Positions 9,139 to 19,378 are shown, counted from the stretch's first letter. The stretch is DNA of 64,000 nucleotides from Candidatus Poribacteria bacterium (GCA_963665235.2 CAXXLX010000002.1:448001-512000), one strand, 5' to 3'. Translations and numbers: made by a program. The notes: generated by a model not told the origin, from the sequence alone.

Positions 9139-10434
9139 CTAATTTTCGTCATCGACCGAAAATTTCTGAACCGCCTTAAGGTATCGACTCGGCACCCTTG
9201 CCTTAACGTAAGCAGCTTCGTCAGTGTATTCTGTATCAAGCACAGTCCCGTGTTTGTATAGTAAATCCAAAACCTTTCCCTCCGTATAAGGAATACTGAG
9301 AGAGAGCGTTGGCCCGTGGGTGATAAAACGTTGTGCCAGAGCTTCTACTAAAGCGGGAATGCCATCTCCACGTTGTGCAGAAATAGCAAGTGCTTCGGGA
9401 TAGCGACTTCGGAGAACTTGCAGGTCATCCGTTGTTTCAATCCGATCGAGTTTATTGAAGACCATAACGGTTGGAATATCGGCGGCATCCAATTCCGCGA
9501 GTACGGTATCCACGGCGGCAATCTGTGCCGCTGCCTCCGGGTGACTTACATCGACGACATGAAGTAGCAAATCGGCTTCCGCGACCTCCTCCAAAGTCGC
9601 CTTGAACGCGGCGACCAATTGGTGTGGCAGTTTTTTGATAAAGCCGACAGTATCACTCAACAAAATATGCTGATTCTCTGTCAATTTAACCCGCCGCGTC
9701 GTTGAATCCAAAGTCGCAAACAGTTTATCTTCAGCCAGAACGTTTTCACCTGTCAACGCGTTGAAGAGCGTAGATTTCCCCGCGTTTGTATAACCGACCA
9801 AAGAGATTTTTATCTTCTCATTGCGATTTTGCCGCTGTACCTGCCGCCGCTTTTCAACTGCACTTAACGCCTTTTTCACTTGGGCGATATGTCTCCGAAT
9901 CCATCGCCGGTCCATTTCAAGCTGCGTCTCCCCGGGACCGCGTAGATAGCCGCCACCCCCGCCGCTAGTCGCAAGACGTGAAAGGTGTGTCCACATCCGC
10001 GTTAGCCGAGGCAGCGCATATTCCAATTGGGCCAGGGCAACTTGCAATCGGGCTTCGTTCGTCAAAGCGCGTTGGGCAAAAACCTTAAGAATAAGGCCTG
10101 TCCTATCAACCGTTGCGGTATCAAGCCTGTTTTCTATATTTCGTGTTTGTGCTGGCGATAACTCTTCGTCAAATATAATTGCATCCGCTTTGAGTTCCGC
10201 TACTATCCCCCGCAGCTCTTCGACCTTACCCTCCCCGATGAAATACGTAGGAGTTGGTGCATTGCGCGATTGGATTGTTTCACAAACGACTTCAATGCCC
10301 GCCGTTTCCGTAAGCTGTCGCAGTTCTTGGAGCGATTCCTCCGTTTCGTGCATCGGGGTAGCTTGAAGGTTTACGCCAACAAGAATCGCGCGCGAGGGCG
10401 GATTCGGTGAACGTGTATCGTAAAGTTGCTGCAT
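9139..10434 (-). CDS. hflX: GTPase HflX
   Basis: RGPGETQLEMDRR, GYTNAGKS, LFATLD, DTVGFI and NKLD motifs. Confidence 0.97.
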   Translation of the reverse strand: MQQLYDTRSPNPPSRAILVGVNLQATPMHETEESLQELRQLTETAGIEVVCETIQSRNAPTPTYFIGEGKVEELRGIVAELKADAIIFDEELSPAQTRNIENRLDTATVDRTGLILKVFAQRALTNEARLQVALAQLEYALPRLTRMWTHLSRLATSGGGGGYLRGPGETQLEMDRRWIRRHIAQVKKALSAVEKRRQVQRQNRNEKIKISLVGYTNAGKSTLFNALTGENVLAEDKLFATLDSTTRRVKLTENQHILLSDTVGFIKKLPHQLVAAFKATLEEVAEADLLLHVVDVSHPEAAAQIAAVDTVLAELDAADIPTVMVFNKLDRIETTDDLQVLRSRYPEALAISAQRGDGIPALVEALAQRFITHGPTLSLSIPYTEGKVLDLLYKHGTVLDTEYTDEAAYVKARVPSRYLKAVQKFSVDDEN

Positions 10435-10536
10435 AACCGTCTCCTCTCCGGATTATAGAATTAAAAAGCATATATAATAGTGTATCAGAATTCAGGTGTG
10501 ATTTTCAACTAAAATTGGCTAAAATTTTACGTGCTT

Positions 10537-10640
10537 TTGACAATCTGTCAATTTTGTGATATACTTTAATTCACCAACATATATAATGCATGAGAAATCT
10601 AGCATTTTTCCTTGCATGTACATTAATTTTATGCTATAAT
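10537..10640 (+). promoter_or_regulatory. Two tandem sigma70-type promoters for smpB-ssrA
   Basis: TTGACA-17-TATACT (10537-10565; the -35 lies in the palindrome TTGACA-ATC-TGTCAA) and TTGCAT-17-TATAAT (10612-10640). Confidence 0.6.
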
Positions 10641-10663
10641 TTTTTAATATTAAAACGGACCTC

Positions 10664-11125
10664 ATGAAAAATAACGAAAATTCTACGCAAAACCGTGTGA
10701 TTACCGTAAATAGAAAAGCACGGTATGACTATCACCTGCGCGACCGATACGAAGCAGGTATCGTTTTGCAAGGAACAGAAGTCAAAGCAATTCGGGGCGG
10801 TCACTTCAACCTGACCGACAGCTATGCCCAAATAACGGATGGGGAGGTATTCCTCATCGATGCATACATCGGTGTGTATGAACAAGGCAACCTTGCGAAT
10901 CACGAACCGAAACGTACACGGAAGCTGTTACTGCACCGTAGCGAAATAAACAAGCTGACACGCGCAGTCCGCTCCAAGGGGATGACGCTCATCCCAACCC
11001 GTGCCTATTTCAGCAACGGACGGGTGAAGTTAGAACTAGCCATAGCACAAGGAAAGCGGCTTTACGATAAACGCGATAAAATTGAGAACGAACGGACCGA
11101 ACGTGAAATACGAACATATTCATAA
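10664..11125 (+). CDS. smpB: SsrA-binding protein
   Basis: NRKARYDY, EAGIVLQGTEVK, RKLLLH and GKRLYDKR motifs. Confidence 0.98.
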   Translation: MKNNENSTQNRVITVNRKARYDYHLRDRYEAGIVLQGTEVKAIRGGHFNLTDSYAQITDGEVFLIDAYIGVYEQGNLANHEPKRTRKLLLHRSEINKLTRAVRSKGMTLIPTRAYFSNGRVKLELAIAQGKRLYDKRDKIENERTEREIRTYS

Positions 11126-11130
11126 ATTGT

Positions 11131-11482
11131 GGGGGTGAATTAGGTTTCGACGGAGGTAGTTGCGATATAGGTTGCATGTCGAGGTCTCCGCAGGCCTCGT
11201 TAAATAGGCGGAACAACTATAATTGCTGATCAAGAATTAGCACTAGCTGCTTAATGCAGCTACGCTTGGCTGACCTGTTGCCTGTCAGGGATGCTAAAGC
11301 GCCGCAATACAGGCTAGCGATTTGCGTGTTCTCAAGGGGCAGCTCGCGAAACCAAACTTGAGATAGCTCTTCATGAATCCTGCACAGGGGAGGCTGAACA
11401 GCGAAAATTCAAGCCTGTGATAAGCATGTAGTAGCCTCTATTAATATGCCTTCGGACGCGGGTTCAATTCCCGCCACCTCCA
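11131..11482 (+). ncRNA. ssrA: tmRNA; tag (A)ADQELALAA at 11225-11254
   Basis: 5' GGGGGTGAATTAGGTTTCGAC, 3' GGACGCGGGTTCAATTCCCGCCACCTCCA, tag ORF ending LALAA-stop; adjacent to smpB. Confidence 0.96.
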
Positions 11483-11534
11483 TCACCCATTGCACCAAAA
11501 ACGGATGCAGCCGAGCGGGGTGGGACACTATCTA

Positions 11535-11915
11535 ATGGTTGATTTTGAAAATCTACCCATTCGCATTCAACAGGTCGCTAAAGCGGAACTTCTGCCTGAT
11601 GAGCGTATCTGCTTGTGTGCCCTCGGTCGTTCCTCGCTCCTGCGTCCCGATTTTGTCCTGATTACCACATTGCGTGTGCTTGTCCTAGATGAGAAGCATA
11701 TTGGAAGTCTTGCTATCTCTTACGCGAACGTTCGGTGCAATATCCGTTTTAGTGAGATAAGCGCCGTAAAAATTCAACGCTACTTCAAGCATCGGTTATT
11801 TGGGCAAGCACGGCTTGAAATCGATGTCAAACGTAATACGTATTGGATTGATAACATGAGTTTCCGTGAGGCGCAGCGCGCCCATCAACGCATTGCCGAA
11901 AAAATACGGAGGTAA
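11535..11915 (+). CDS. Hypothetical protein, probable bacterial PH-like domain
   Basis: Pattern LLPDERI...VLITTLRVLV...FSEISAVKI...LFG; 3 nt from the next gene. Confidence 0.6.
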   Translation: MVDFENLPIRIQQVAKAELLPDERICLCALGRSSLLRPDFVLITTLRVLVLDEKHIGSLAISYANVRCNIRFSEISAVKIQRYFKHRLFGQARLEIDVKRNTYWIDNMSFREAQRAHQRIAEKIRR

Positions 11916-11918
11916 AAG

Positions 11919-12662
11919 ATGCGTGCTTTTTGGGAATATCTGACTTTTACGCATAATGTGTGGTTTACTGCACCCCTTGCTATCGTATTTCTATTCGCAA
12001 TCTTCCGACTTATCCTTGGCGGTCTAGACTTTGGCGATGCCGAAATTGACGCGGATGTTGATGTGGATGCTGACCTCGACCTAGACGTTGATATCGATGC
12101 CGACATCGACCTGGATGTAGATGCTGACCTGGACGTTGACGCGGACATGGATGTGGATACGGACATGGACGCGGATACAGGCAGCGGTAGTGCTTTGGCA
12201 GACGCATTCGGATTTCTGAATGTCGGAAGAGTCCCCTTTATGATTGTGATGATGACACTCTTTACAACATGGGGATTTTCCGGACTCATCGTAAACGAGC
12301 TCCTAACCGTTACAGCTGCGATGAGCCTATCTTTTGGGATTTCTTGCTCGATTGCCCTCGTCTGTAGTGTTTTGGGCACGCGATACCTATCACTTACACT
12401 CGCAAAAATTTTTCCTGAAAGTGACCCCGCTACCAAAGACCTCCACCTACTCGGAATGCAGGGGAGAGTAATTAGCGGCCAAATTACAACCACTTTCGGC
12501 ACCGCACGTGTTGAGGCACCGGATGGCCATACCTTAACAGTGAGATGTCGAGTTAAACCCGATGACCCGAATCCTGTAAAGGGAGATATTGTTGTCCTCG
12601 TAAGCTATGATTCCGACAAGCGAATCTTTGATGTAAAACCGATGGCAATAGAATCACACTAA
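11919..12662 (+). CDS. YqiJ/DUF1449-like membrane protein with C-terminal NfeD-type OB fold
   Basis: TM helices, FLNVGRVPFMI motif, Asp-X repeat and OB-fold tail; directly upstream of flotillin. Confidence 0.85.
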   Translation: MRAFWEYLTFTHNVWFTAPLAIVFLFAIFRLILGGLDFGDAEIDADVDVDADLDLDVDIDADIDLDVDADLDVDADMDVDTDMDADTGSGSALADAFGFLNVGRVPFMIVMMTLFTTWGFSGLIVNELLTVTAAMSLSFGISCSIALVCSVLGTRYLSLTLAKIFPESDPATKDLHLLGMQGRVISGQITTTFGTARVEAPDGHTLTVRCRVKPDDPNPVKGDIVVLVSYDSDKRIFDVKPMAIESH

Positions 12663-12716
12663 ACACACGCGATTCTGTTAATAACTTAAATACTTTCAGA
12701 TAAGGAGATTTGAAAT

Positions 12717-14564
12717 ATGCCCGGCGGAGAACTCTTTTTAGTTATCATAGGTAGTCTCGTTTCGTTGTTCATTATTTTCGTGCTGATTTATAAGTCTTTC
12801 TATAAAAAGGCACCTGCTGATTCAGCCTTAGTCATTTCAGGCGGAAACAAAAAACGTGTTGTCTTTGGTGGAACCCTTGTCAATCCGATTACCAATATGA
12901 CACAGTTAATCTCTTTAAACACCATACAGCTGCCTGTTGAACGGGTTGGCACCGCAGCTCTAATTACAAAGGACAGTTTGCGCGTGGATATAGAAGCGGA
13001 ATTCTACGTCAAAATTGAGCCGAACGAACAAGATGTGCTTAAAGCTGTAGCGAGCCTCGGCGAAAAAACGCTAACCCCTGCTGCGGTCAACTCCTTGCTA
13101 GAAGGTAAACTCGTCGGCGTGCTCCGGAGCGTTGCGGCAACGATGGATTTACAGGAACTTCACGAAAAACGACAGGAATTTTCTGACCAAGTCCAAGAAG
13201 CCTGTCTTGAAGACCTCGAGCAGAACGGTTTTAAACTTGAAACCGTTGCTGTTACCAATCTTGACCAGACACCCCTTGAAGCACTTGATGAAAATAACCG
13301 CTTCGATGTGGTTGCAATTCAGACCATCAAAAAAGAGGTCGAGGAAAAGCAGACTGAAACCGCCAAGATTGAGCATGAAAACAAGGTCAAACGTGAAGAG
13401 GACCGGCTCAAAGCCGAACTTGAGATTAAGGAGAAGGAAGAGGAAACCGAGACCAAGGGGTTAGAGGTTGAAAAGCGGCTTGAGTTGGCACAAGAGGAAC
13501 AGCGCAAGGAAATCGCTACCAATAAAGCGGAGCAGGAACGCCAAGTTGAAGCGCATAAGTTTGAACAGCTGCAAGCCGTTGAAGAAGCACGCATCAAACA
13601 GGAAGAAGCTGTGAAATCCGCTGAAATCGAACAGACGCAAAAAATTGAGATAGCACGGATTGAACAGGAACGCCAAGTTCAAGAAAGTGAAATCTTACAG
13701 AAGCAGACTATCGAAGTCGCCAAGGTTCAACAACAGCAAATCGTTGAAGAGGCAGAAATCGAGCGAAATCTCAGTATCGAAAAAGCCAAAATTGAACAGG
13801 AGGCAACTATCAAAGAGACTGACATCGCTCGCAGAATTGTCCTGCTTGACAAGGAACGCGAAGAGAAGGAAGCCGAAGCCGCAAACGCTATCCTAATTTC
13901 ACTCAAAGAGAAAGAGCTGGAGGCTGCCCTCATAGAACTTCTAGAAGTTTCCGCAGAAAAAGCACGGGCTGAAGCCAGCGTCCAAACGGCTGAAGCACTT
14001 GAAGAAGCGGAACGAGAAAGCAAAATTGCACTCATCCGTGCCGAACAGGAGGCAGACGAGGAAAAAATCGCAAAAGAACGCAACGCGGATGCTGAAGCCT
14101 ACGCCGTTATCGAAGCCGCAAAGGCAGAATTAGAAGCCGCGCAAGTCCAAGCGGAAGCGACACGTATCCTCGCGGAAGCACTCCTTGTAGAAGCCAAAGC
14201 GCAAGCCGATGGACAGGAAGCGTTAATGCTAGCTAAAAATCAGGCGGAACCACAAGTCCTTGTCAGCGATGCTGTACTTGCACTTGTAGAAGCCCTCCCA
14301 CAGGTCACGAGTGAACTCATGAAACCCGCAGAACGGATCGAAAGCATACGAGTACTTGACCTAGGCGGAAATGGAAATTCCGGCGGAATGAACCGCGTAC
14401 TCAGCTCTATTATCAACGCCGGGGCCGCAATGCCACTCCTCAAAGAACTCGTTAACTTTAGCGGACTTGATACGGCAAAAATTGGACAGACAATCCGAGA
14501 TTATACCACAGGTTTAACTGGCAGCCACCCAATTGAGGCCGATACAGAAGCCGATGCCGAATAA
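12717..14564 (+). CDS. Flotillin-family (YqiK-like) SPFH protein
   Basis: N-terminal TM, LITKDSLRVDIEAEFYV SPFH domain, long E/A/Q coiled coil, KPAERIESIRV tail. Confidence 0.93.
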   Translation: MPGGELFLVIIGSLVSLFIIFVLIYKSFYKKAPADSALVISGGNKKRVVFGGTLVNPITNMTQLISLNTIQLPVERVGTAALITKDSLRVDIEAEFYVKIEPNEQDVLKAVASLGEKTLTPAAVNSLLEGKLVGVLRSVAATMDLQELHEKRQEFSDQVQEACLEDLEQNGFKLETVAVTNLDQTPLEALDENNRFDVVAIQTIKKEVEEKQTETAKIEHENKVKREEDRLKAELEIKEKEEETETKGLEVEKRLELAQEEQRKEIATNKAEQERQVEAHKFEQLQAVEEARIKQEEAVKSAEIEQTQKIEIARIEQERQVQESEILQKQTIEVAKVQQQQIVEEAEIERNLSIEKAKIEQEATIKETDIARRIVLLDKEREEKEAEAANAILISLKEKELEAALIELLEVSAEKARAEASVQTAEALEEAERESKIALIRAEQEADEEKIAKERNADAEAYAVIEAAKAELEAAQVQAEATRILAEALLVEAKAQADGQEALMLAKNQAEPQVLVSDAVLALVEALPQVTSELMKPAERIESIRVLDLGGNGNSGGMNRVLSSIINAGAAMPLLKELVNFSGLDTAKIGQTIRDYTTGLTGSHPIEADTEADAE

Positions 14565-14665
14565 ACAGGCAAACCGGCAACGAACCCCTATTGGCTATCA
14601 GACAGTCAGAAACCATAATTGAAATGCTGCGACTGTCGATAGCCGTTCCAAGGAGTAATGTAATA

Positions 14666-15154
14666 ATGGTTGAAGTTAATGTTGCATCTGTAACTATTGA
14701 CAGACACACTGGCGTACCAGTGGTCTTCTTGAGAGAAAAGGAAGGCGACGCTAAGCGGATACTCATAATCTTAATCGGCGACTCCGAAGCCTTCGCAATC
14801 TATAATCACCTCGCCGACGTTCCTGAAAAACGTCCAATGACCCACAGCCTCATTAAAAATGTCATGGATGTACTCTCCGCTGAAGTAAAGGCGATTTGTG
14901 TTAACGCAATGGAGGAAGACACCTTCTATGCATACATCAAATTGGAGCTGCACGGACAAGAATTCGACGTGGACTCGCGCCCCAGCGACGCTATCGCACT
15001 CGCAATCCGATGTAACGCACCAATCTATGTCGCCGAAGAGGTCATTCAGGAACACGGATACGTCGAAGTAGAACCGGAACAGCCACAAGAACGCGATGCC
15101 AAGGATGTCCTAGAAAACTTGGATGATGACACGCTAAAGCAATACACCGTCTAG
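14666..15154 (+). CDS. Bifunctional nuclease family protein (DUF151)
   Basis: RPMTH and VDSRPSDAIALAIR motifs; RBS AAGGAG upstream. Confidence 0.92.
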   Translation: MVEVNVASVTIDRHTGVPVVFLREKEGDAKRILIILIGDSEAFAIYNHLADVPEKRPMTHSLIKNVMDVLSAEVKAICVNAMEEDTFYAYIKLELHGQEFDVDSRPSDAIALAIRCNAPIYVAEEVIQEHGYVEVEPEQPQERDAKDVLENLDDDTLKQYTV

Positions 15155-15247
15155 ACTGGTCGCTAAAGTGTGCATCTACACCAGATACGTATCCCCCAGC
15201 GTTTACCGACTTCGATAGCAGCCGGTTACCTCACTATAGGTCTTTTC

Positions 15248-16165
15248 ATGCAAAATTTAATTGTTAAGAACAGTGTTGTGCTGCACAAAAATTGCACGGC
15301 CGCTTTAGAGACAAAGCATTTTGAACAAAAAATTGATTTGTCCTTTCTCGACCCACCCTTCAATCAAGATAAGGCGTACGATTCATGGGACGATAACCTC
15401 CCACCCGAGAAATATTGGGAGTGGATGCAAGAAGTATGTACCAAAATATATACGTTGACTTCCGATGGCGGTGCCCTCTATTTCATGCAACGCGAAAAGA
15501 ACACCGAATTCGTACTGCAATGCTTACGTGAAGCGGGGTGGACATTCCAAAATTTAATTATCTGGAAAAAGAAAACCTCGGCAGTGCCAGGGAGGAAGCG
15601 TTTCGGCAAGCACTATCAGATTATTGCATTTGTTACGAAAGGCAAAACACCTCGCGTTTTCAACCGGCTCCGCATTAATCCGCCACTTCCAGCAGGTTAC
15701 AAGCACGCACGCGAAAACGGTATGTTCGTCACCGATGTCTGGGATGACATCCGGGAACTGACTTCCGGCTATTTTGCTGGAGATGAAGCCTTGTGAGACG
15801 CGGAAGGGAATCGCTTGCACAAACAACAAACCGCCATTCAGCTTCTCCTACGGATTATCCTCTCTTCCACAAATCCCGGCGATGTCGTCCTCGATGCGTT
15901 CGCTGGTTCAGGGACGACACTCGTTGTGGCTGAGCAGTTAGACCGAAAATCTATAGGCATTGAAATTGACCCGCATAACGTTAAACTCATCCGAAACAGG
16001 CTCTCGGAACGGAGAAAATCGGATGATGTCTCGCGCTTTTACAAAGATTATATTTGTACCTCGGACCTAGAAACAATTTGGGGGAATAGCACATGGTTTC
16101 GCCACAACTGGCCTTCGATTTTAACAGGCCCACCAGCTACACCGTCGAGGTCCCTACCTACGTAG
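15248..16165 (+). pseudogene. DNA methyltransferase (N4/N6, beta-type) interrupted by in-frame TGA at 15794-15796
   Basis: DPPF motif before the stop; HKQQ...VLDAFAGSGTT continues in the same frame after it. Confidence 0.85.
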
Positions 16166-17253
16166 ATGAATTCTGGACAGCGAAACAACGCGCTGGACAT
16201 TCGCTCCATGAGGTTTCGTACCGCGCCTGCTACAAACCGCAATTGCCGGCATATTTTATCCGGAAATTTTGCAAACAGCCATCTGTCGTTTACGACCCAT
16301 TCATGGGACGCGGCACCACCCTAATAGAGGCGCAACTTCACGGACACAAAACCGTTGGCAACGACATAAATCCGTTGTCTAAAGTCCTTACGTCCCCACG
16401 CCTTAACCCGCCTACGCTCGCCGATATTGAAAAGAGATTGTCCGAGATTGACCTATCAACGGATGCCGACATAGATTCAGAGCTCCTTGTCTTTTTCCAT
16501 GAGGACACGCTCAAGGAGATTTATGGGTGGCGAACCTATTTTCAGCAGGAACAACAGCTATCCACGGTTGATGCGTGGTTACAGATGGTAACGTGTAGTC
16601 GTCTCACGGGACATTCCCCCGGTTTTTTCTCTGTCTTTACCCTACCGCCAAATCTTGCAGCCTCGGTTGCTGCCCAACGGAAAATCAATGAGAGGCGGAA
16701 TCAGAGCCCAGAATACCGAAACACAAAGACGTTAGTGCTAAGAAAATCGAAGCAGTTGTTACGCCATAGCCTCCCTGACCATTTTTGGCGGAACGATGCC
16801 GTACTCCTCACCGAGTCGGCTGATAACACCCCGCAAATCGCAGATGAATCGGTTGACCTCGTTGTCACCTCACCGCCTTTTCTGGACACAATTGATTATG
16901 TTCAAGACAATTGGTTACGGATGTGGTTTTGTGGGATAGAAATTGAACCGGGCAAAATTTGGCAACTGAAATCCCTTGAGGATTGGGTTGCCCGAATGAC
17001 AGATGTCTTCGTAGAGCTGCACCGCCTTCTAAAGCCGGGCGGACAGGTCGCATTTGAGGTAGGTGAAGTTCGGAATAGAACTGTCTTTTTAGAGAACGCC
17101 GCCATGAAAGCCGCCCTAGATGCCAGATTTATCCCTGAAAAGTTGATGATAAACGCACAGCGCTTCACAAAGACAGCCAATTGCTGGGGTGTTTCCAATA
17201 ACAGAAAAGGCACAAACAGTAATCGGATTGTTATCTTGAAAAAACGTGTGTAA
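16093..17253 (+). CDS. DNA methyltransferase (probable N4-cytosine, alpha-type)
   Basis: YDPFMGRGTT SAM motif near the N-terminus; VVTSPPF catalytic motif later. Confidence 0.9.
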   Translation: MVSPQLAFDFNRPTSYTVEVPTYVDEFWTAKQRAGHSLHEVSYRACYKPQLPAYFIRKFCKQPSVVYDPFMGRGTTLIEAQLHGHKTVGNDINPLSKVLTSPRLNPPTLADIEKRLSEIDLSTDADIDSELLVFFHEDTLKEIYGWRTYFQQEQQLSTVDAWLQMVTCSRLTGHSPGFFSVFTLPPNLAASVAAQRKINERRNQSPEYRNTKTLVLRKSKQLLRHSLPDHFWRNDAVLLTESADNTPQIADESVDLVVTSPPFLDTIDYVQDNWLRMWFCGIEIEPGKIWQLKSLEDWVARMTDVFVELHRLLKPGGQVAFEVGEVRNRTVFLENAAMKAALDARFIPEKLMINAQRFTKTANCWGVSNNRKGTNSNRIVILKKRV

Positions 17254-17657
17254 TACCATTTCTAATTGAAAATATCTCTTTCTTGTAGCATAAACTTCCA
17301 GTTTGTGTTCTTTATCGTAGCATAAACTTCCAGTTTGTGTTCTTTATCGTAGCATAAACTTCCAGTTTGTGTTCTTTATCGTAGCATAAACTTCCAGTTT
17401 GTGTTCTTTATCGTAGCATAAACTTCCAGTTTGTGTTCTTTATCGTAGCATAAACTTCCAGTTTGTGTTCTTTATCGTAGCATAAACTTCCAGTTTGTGT
17501 TCTTTATCGTAGCATAAACTTCCAGTTTGTGTTCTTTATCGTAGCATAAACTTCCAGTTTGTGTTCTTTATCGTAGCATAAACTTCCAGTTTGTGTCTTC
17601 CGTTCTCCGTTTCATTTCCAACAACCGGTAATGATAGAATAATTAATAAAAATGGTA
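17254..17657. repeat. MITE-like element containing a tandem array of 32-bp units (10 GTAG hairpins)
   Basis: GTAGCATAAACTTCCAGTTTGTGTTCTTTATC repeats every 32 nt from 17285 to 17573 with no spacers; flanks match 5547-5662. Confidence 0.95.
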
Positions 17658-17680
17658 TAACATCACAAGGAGGTTGCATT

Positions 17681-19378
17681 TTGCGAAAACTAAAACACCA
17701 CGCCACTTGGTTTCTGTTTCTCTTTATGACAATATCCCAAGTTTTTGTTAGTATTGACACATTCTCCGAAGATATTGCGTTCGACGAGCTCCCCAAAGCC
17801 ATACAGAAAATCGCTTTGCGGGAAATTGGAGACGTGCCAATTTACGATATTGACAGAAATGAAGATGATGGCGAAATCGAATATGATGTAGAAGCGGAAA
17901 ATGAAAGAATTAAGATCGAATTAGAGATAACAGCAGATGGAACGCTTCTACAACGCGATATTACTGAAGAAATCTCTTTCTCTGAACTCCCAATACCTGT
18001 CCAAGATACGGTGCATCGGCATGTTGGAACACTGAAAATTGACGACGTGGAACGGAAAACAGAACTCGGTAAAGCCGTTTTTTACGACGTTGAAGCGGAT
18101 GATATGGGAATAGAGATTGACCTTGAGATTGCAGCCGATGGAACCTTGCTTGACAAGGATATGAGCGACCCGATTGAGCTTAAGGTCAAGCTCATTGCAA
18201 AATCCAGGCTGCCAACGCTTGAGGATATATCCCCCTATCGCGAAGCCCTCGTGTTTTATGAATATAGCCTCCAGAAACGGCTTGATGGCGAATTCAGCGG
18301 GAAAAAACTGCGGGTAGCACATTGGGCAATTTACGACAATAAACCGCAACCCATTGACAACGTCAAAATCGGCGCATCACGGACACTGAAACTCTATCCG
18401 TACCGCCAATTCCGTGAATTGGAAAGCCTCTATACAAGCGACACATTGACGTTAGACCCGGATATACCGCTCTATCACGATATCGGACAGAAGATTCATG
18501 AGGACCGTTCTATTGATGACCGATTCGACTACGACTCTATTCTCTCCGAAAAAATGCCGGTGTTCTGGCAACTCAAAAATCAACTGAAACTTATCGCATT
18601 GGGCGACTCGCGATGTGAATTGGGAATTCGAGCAGAACTGTTTTACCCAGAGGAAAATCGTAAAACCCCAGTGGCATACAACCTCGCAATTTCCGGCGGG
18701 TCATTGGAATTTCAGAAGGTTGTTATTGATGAATATCTTATCAAAATGCCTAACTTGGAATGGGTGGTTTATCAAATGTCACCGCGTGTCGTTAATCGAC
18801 ACTTTGACAAGTCAGATGAAAGAGAATTGATGAAAAGCGATGGCTATAAATTCGATGTGGAGCATGCTGAAGGGCTCTGGCGAAGTGCCGACACGGACAA
18901 CACTAAAAAGACGGTAGCTGATATCGCTTCAATACCCTATGCCGGCGCATATTGGTCCGAACGCCCATGGGGATGGAAGTACAGAGGTGATGTCTGGCAA
19001 AATCCTGAAACAGATGATGATGATTTTAAGGAACGGTGGGAAATCTCCGAAAAACGGTGGAAACGCCTCGTCGAAATGATAACCGCATTGAACGAACGCG
19101 GCGTGCATGTTTTGCTCTATCTACCCCCTTTCCATCCGATTATGCGGGACCAGCCAGTCGTTGATGATGATGGAACAACCCAGAAGGGGTATCGCGAACT
19201 CGCTAAGCGATTGAAACAGCTAGAGACACAGTTTCCACGTTTCGTTTTCGTCGATTTGATGCAGGGCGGTAAGCACGATTTTAGCGCGGAGATGTTCAAA
19301 GACCTGGACCACCTGAACGCGCTCGGTGCGAAAAAGCTAACGCAGCGGCTGGAAGAAATTCGGCAACGCCACAAGTAA
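17681..19378 (+). CDS. Exported multidomain protein: PepSY-like repeats, an unknown ~100-aa domain and an SGNH (DltD/PatB-like) domain
   Basis: RBS GGAGG with TTG start; two ELP..(I/V)Q...YDVEA...LEI.ADGTLL repeats; LGDSR, NLAISGG and DLDHLN motifs. Confidence 0.75.
   Translation: MRKLKHHATWFLFLFMTISQVFVSIDTFSEDIAFDELPKAIQKIALREIGDVPIYDIDRNEDDGEIEYDVEAENERIKIELEITADGTLLQRDITEEISFSELPIPVQDTVHRHVGTLKIDDVERKTELGKAVFYDVEADDMGIEIDLEIAADGTLLDKDMSDPIELKVKLIAKSRLPTLEDISPYREALVFYEYSLQKRLDGEFSGKKLRVAHWAIYDNKPQPIDNVKIGASRTLKLYPYRQFRELESLYTSDTLTLDPDIPLYHDIGQKIHEDRSIDDRFDYDSILSEKMPVFWQLKNQLKLIALGDSRCELGIRAELFYPEENRKTPVAYNLAISGGSLEFQKVVIDEYLIKMPNLEWVVYQMSPRVVNRHFDKSDERELMKSDGYKFDVEHAEGLWRSADTDNTKKTVADIASIPYAGAYWSERPWGWKYRGDVWQNPETDDDDFKERWEISEKRWKRLVEMITALNERGVHVLLYLPPFHPIMRDQPVVDDDGTTQKGYRELAKRLKQLETQFPRFVFVDLMQGGKHDFSAEMFKDLDHLNALGAKKLTQRLEEIRQRHK

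Noticed and set aside
7943-11482. Integrative element at tRNA-Leu or ssrA
   Set aside because: No integrase and no duplicated 3' end of either RNA gene noticed in the window.
11885-12502. Ser-rich minus-strand ORF
   Set aside because: Antisense shadow of the Asp-X repeat gene.
15794-15830. Selenocysteine or recoded TGA
   Set aside because: Not a catalytic Cys position, no convincing SECIS hairpin follows, and TGA serves as a normal stop elsewhere in the window.
17285-17595. CRISPR array
   Set aside because: The 32-bp units are identical end to end with no unique spacers, no cas genes are present, and the array lies inside a MITE seen elsewhere with one unit.
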